64,000 nucleotides of DNA from Actinomycetes bacterium (GTDB lineage Bacteria > Actinomycetota > Acidimicrobiia > Acidimicrobiales > Acidimicrobiaceae). The stretch is taken from contig JAKARV010000009.1 in assembly GCA_021819205.1 (NCBI GenBank), positions 2,880 to 66,879 on the forward strand, written 5' to 3'. The position numbers were made by a program, and so were the translations under genes. Positions 63,476-64,000 of this stretch are shown piece by piece; the first letter of the stretch is position 1; each line of letters starts with the position of its first letter. Below the pieces are notes generated by a model. The model was not told the DNA's origin. It did not search any database and was given only the letters and a program-made list of their open reading frames with translations.

Positions 63476-64000
63476 TCAAGTTTTGCGGATCGCCGTAGCC
63501 ATGGCGTGGAATCCCCCGTCGGCGTGGATTACCTCGCCGGTGATCGCCCGGGAGAGGTCCGAAAGCAAAAAGCAGGCGGTGTCGGCGGTAGGAGTGGTGG
63601 CTTTGCTGTCCCAATTCAGCGGTGCCTGGCGGCGCCAGGCACCGAGAAGCAGGTCGAAGTCGGGGATGCTACTGGCAGCCCGGGTCTCGAGGGGTCCGGC
63701 GGCGACGAGGTTTGCCCGCACCGAGTTCGGACCGAGATCCCGCGCGAGGTAACTGTTTAGCGAGCGGAGGGCGCTTTTCAACGGTCCCATCCAGTTGTAC
63801 ATCGGCCAAGCCCTCGAGCTGTCGAAGTCGATCCCTACCAGGCTTGCGCCGTTGGGGGGCGCGAGGTTGAGCAGGAGTTGGGCAAGGGCTGCGTAGGTCC
63901 AGACGCTGGTCCGTAGCGCCAGCTCTACGTCTGCAGCCGGAACTCCCATGACCCCGTTAAGGACGCTTCGCGGGGCAAAGGCGATCGCGTGGAGGATCCC
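63476..64000 (-). CDS. Enoyl-ACP reductase (FabI/InhA family), N-terminus outside the window
   Basis: The frame stays open to the window edge. SDR-type YNWMGPLKSALRSL (Y-x6-K region), VRANLVAAGP and ITGEVIHADGGFH motifs. Confidence 0.8.
   Translation of the reverse strand, partial: GILHAIAFAPRSVLNGVMGVPAADVELALRTSVWTYAALAQLLLNLAPPNGASLVGIDFDSSRAWPMYNWMGPLKSALRSLNSYLARDLGPNSVRANLVAAGPLETRAASSIPDFDLLLGAWRRQAPLNWDSKATTPTADTACFLLSDLSRAITGEVIHADGGFHAMATAIRKT

Overview
High-GC chromosomal window of about 65 genes. Lipobox lipoproteins, an acyl-CoA carboxylase epsilon subunit and a ureABCFGD layout point to a motile Actinomycetota-like organism. All calls come from reading the ORF translations and DNA by eye; no HMM or BLAST was run, so family names are recalled motif matches.

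Layout:
- 0-22 kb: amine/peptide-type catabolic island. It holds an ADP-forming acyl-CoA synthetase, aldehyde dehydrogenase, class-III aminotransferase, TetR, amidohydrolase, an FMN/4Fe-4S flavoprotein and two DAO-type FAD oxidoreductases. These are interleaved with a family-5 (Dpp/Opp-type) ABC importer that has two paralogous lipoprotein binding proteins and a fused double ATPase.
- 22.1-26.1 kb (minus strand): tight six-gene operon. It encodes two membrane-anchored coiled-coil proteins, a leaderless ApbE flavin transferase, a stand-alone di-heme ferric-reductase-type membrane protein, a NuoF-like NADH/FMN/Fe-S protein and a small ferredoxin.
- 26.3-31.2 kb (plus strand): diverges from that operon across an AT-rich 255-bp region. 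It is a translationally coupled five-gene type-IV-secretion-like core: pilin-like protein, VirB6-like protein, VirB3/VirB4N-like protein, VirB4-type ATPase and coupling protein. No relaxase, integrase or replication gene occurs anywhere in the window.
- 31.25-34.6 kb: the T4SS-like operon is followed after only 13 nt by flgN-like, flgK, flgL and fliW. csrA lies convergent to fliW and overlaps it.
- 34.9-43.8 kb: cheA-cheW-cheB-cheR-(GntR)-cheY-cheX-cheX-like-GT2/TPR.
- 43.8-52.6 kb: S51 peptidase, hbd, methylmalonyl-CoA mutase, a degenerate GGDEF protein, an EnvC-like degenerate LytM protein, acyl-CoA carboxylase beta plus epsilon, aat and bioY.
- 52.7-60.7 kb: NarL-type two-component pair, ureABCFGD (no ureE), RidA and formamidase.
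- 60.9-64.0 kb: purK-like, P-II-like, a DUF1538-like membrane protein and a partial fabI/inhA.

No rRNA, tRNA, CRISPR array or transposase was recognised.

Best candidates for something new: (1) the orphan-ApbE / di-heme / NuoF-like redox operon, whose only [ST]GA[ST] flavinylation-like motifs sit in a shared ATTGASG tail of the two coiled-coil proteins; (2) the relaxase-less T4SS core that appears fused transcriptionally to late flagellar genes.
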